The notes under the pieces are model-generated. The model was given only the letters and a program-made list of their open reading frames with translations, was not told the DNA's origin and did no database searches. From positions 83,142,001-83,206,000 of the forward strand of contig OZ241826.1 of the NCBI GenBank assembly GCA_965202585.1: a stretch of 64,000 nucleotides of DNA. The letters are read 5' to 3'. Positions within the stretch are counted from its first letter, which is position 1. Each line of letters starts with the position of its first letter. Below, piece after piece: positions 63,623 to 64,000 of this stretch. Both the position numbers and the translations under genes were made by a program. This DNA is from Thalia democratica (Eukaryota).

Positions 63623-64000
63623 ATAGTGGACAATGTATAGAACGTTGCACTGTAAAAGACAAGTGGTCCACAGAATCCATGACTCGGAGTCGGATTCGGA
63701 TCCGGCCGAAACCGAAATTTAAAATTAGAAAGACCACTTTAAATTTTTGAATTTTACTTAGTTGTATGTCAAAGTTAAATAAAATCTAAAACTAGTTAAT
63801 GATTTCACGCTTGAGTGGATAAAAAAATATTTATTTTACACTTAAAAATCCTTATCAATTTTGATTTAGAGTTTTGCACACAGTATAAAAACGATGATAA
63901 ATTATTTTTGTTAGACTCTGAAATAAAATTGAGTACATAATTAAAGCGTTTAATCACAGATTTTTGGATAACCGCTTTTGTTTATTAATTCTATTTTTAG

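Noticed and set aside
1-64000. tRNA or rRNA genes
   Set aside because: No cloverleaf with A and B boxes and no rRNA-like conserved sequence recognised by eye; not excluded without tRNAscan-SE or Infernal.

Overview
Very AT-rich (about 25% GC by eye) animal genomic DNA with spliceosomal introns; an expanded BACK/Kelch family and the repeat types suggest a marine invertebrate, possibly a tunicate (inference only). Most entries in the supplied ORF track are shadow ORFs or single exons. Genes rebuilt by hand from splice sites and reading phase: the 3' end of an RIIAD1-like gene (+, 1.7-2.4 kb); a GC-rich 4-exon type II membrane protein with three Sushi/CCP domains (-, 2.9-4.5 kb); a possible small 3-exon gene (+, 4.9-5.5 kb); a tandem SANT-like protein (-, 10.7-11.9 kb); an intact BACK-Kelch gene (+, 43.5-45.5 kb) and a decayed Kelch paralog (-, 24.9-25.8 kb); and a 9-exon, strongly diverged Nemo-like kinase (-, 51.6-55.9 kb). 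Mobile DNA: a CR1/L2-type LINE with an intact RT ORF plus a separate copy of its 3'UTR, several hAT-type non-autonomous elements with 8-bp target-site duplications, a dead hAT transposase, foldback elements and minisatellites. Most notable: a minimal type I hammerhead ribozyme in kinase intron 5, a perfect 222-bp-arm palindrome, a TGA exactly at the last Sushi cysteine, an NLK paralog lacking the activation-loop Thr, and single small indels in otherwise conserved genes (possibly assembly error). I found no clear evidence of a wholly new multi-gene system. All translations and alignments were done by eye.
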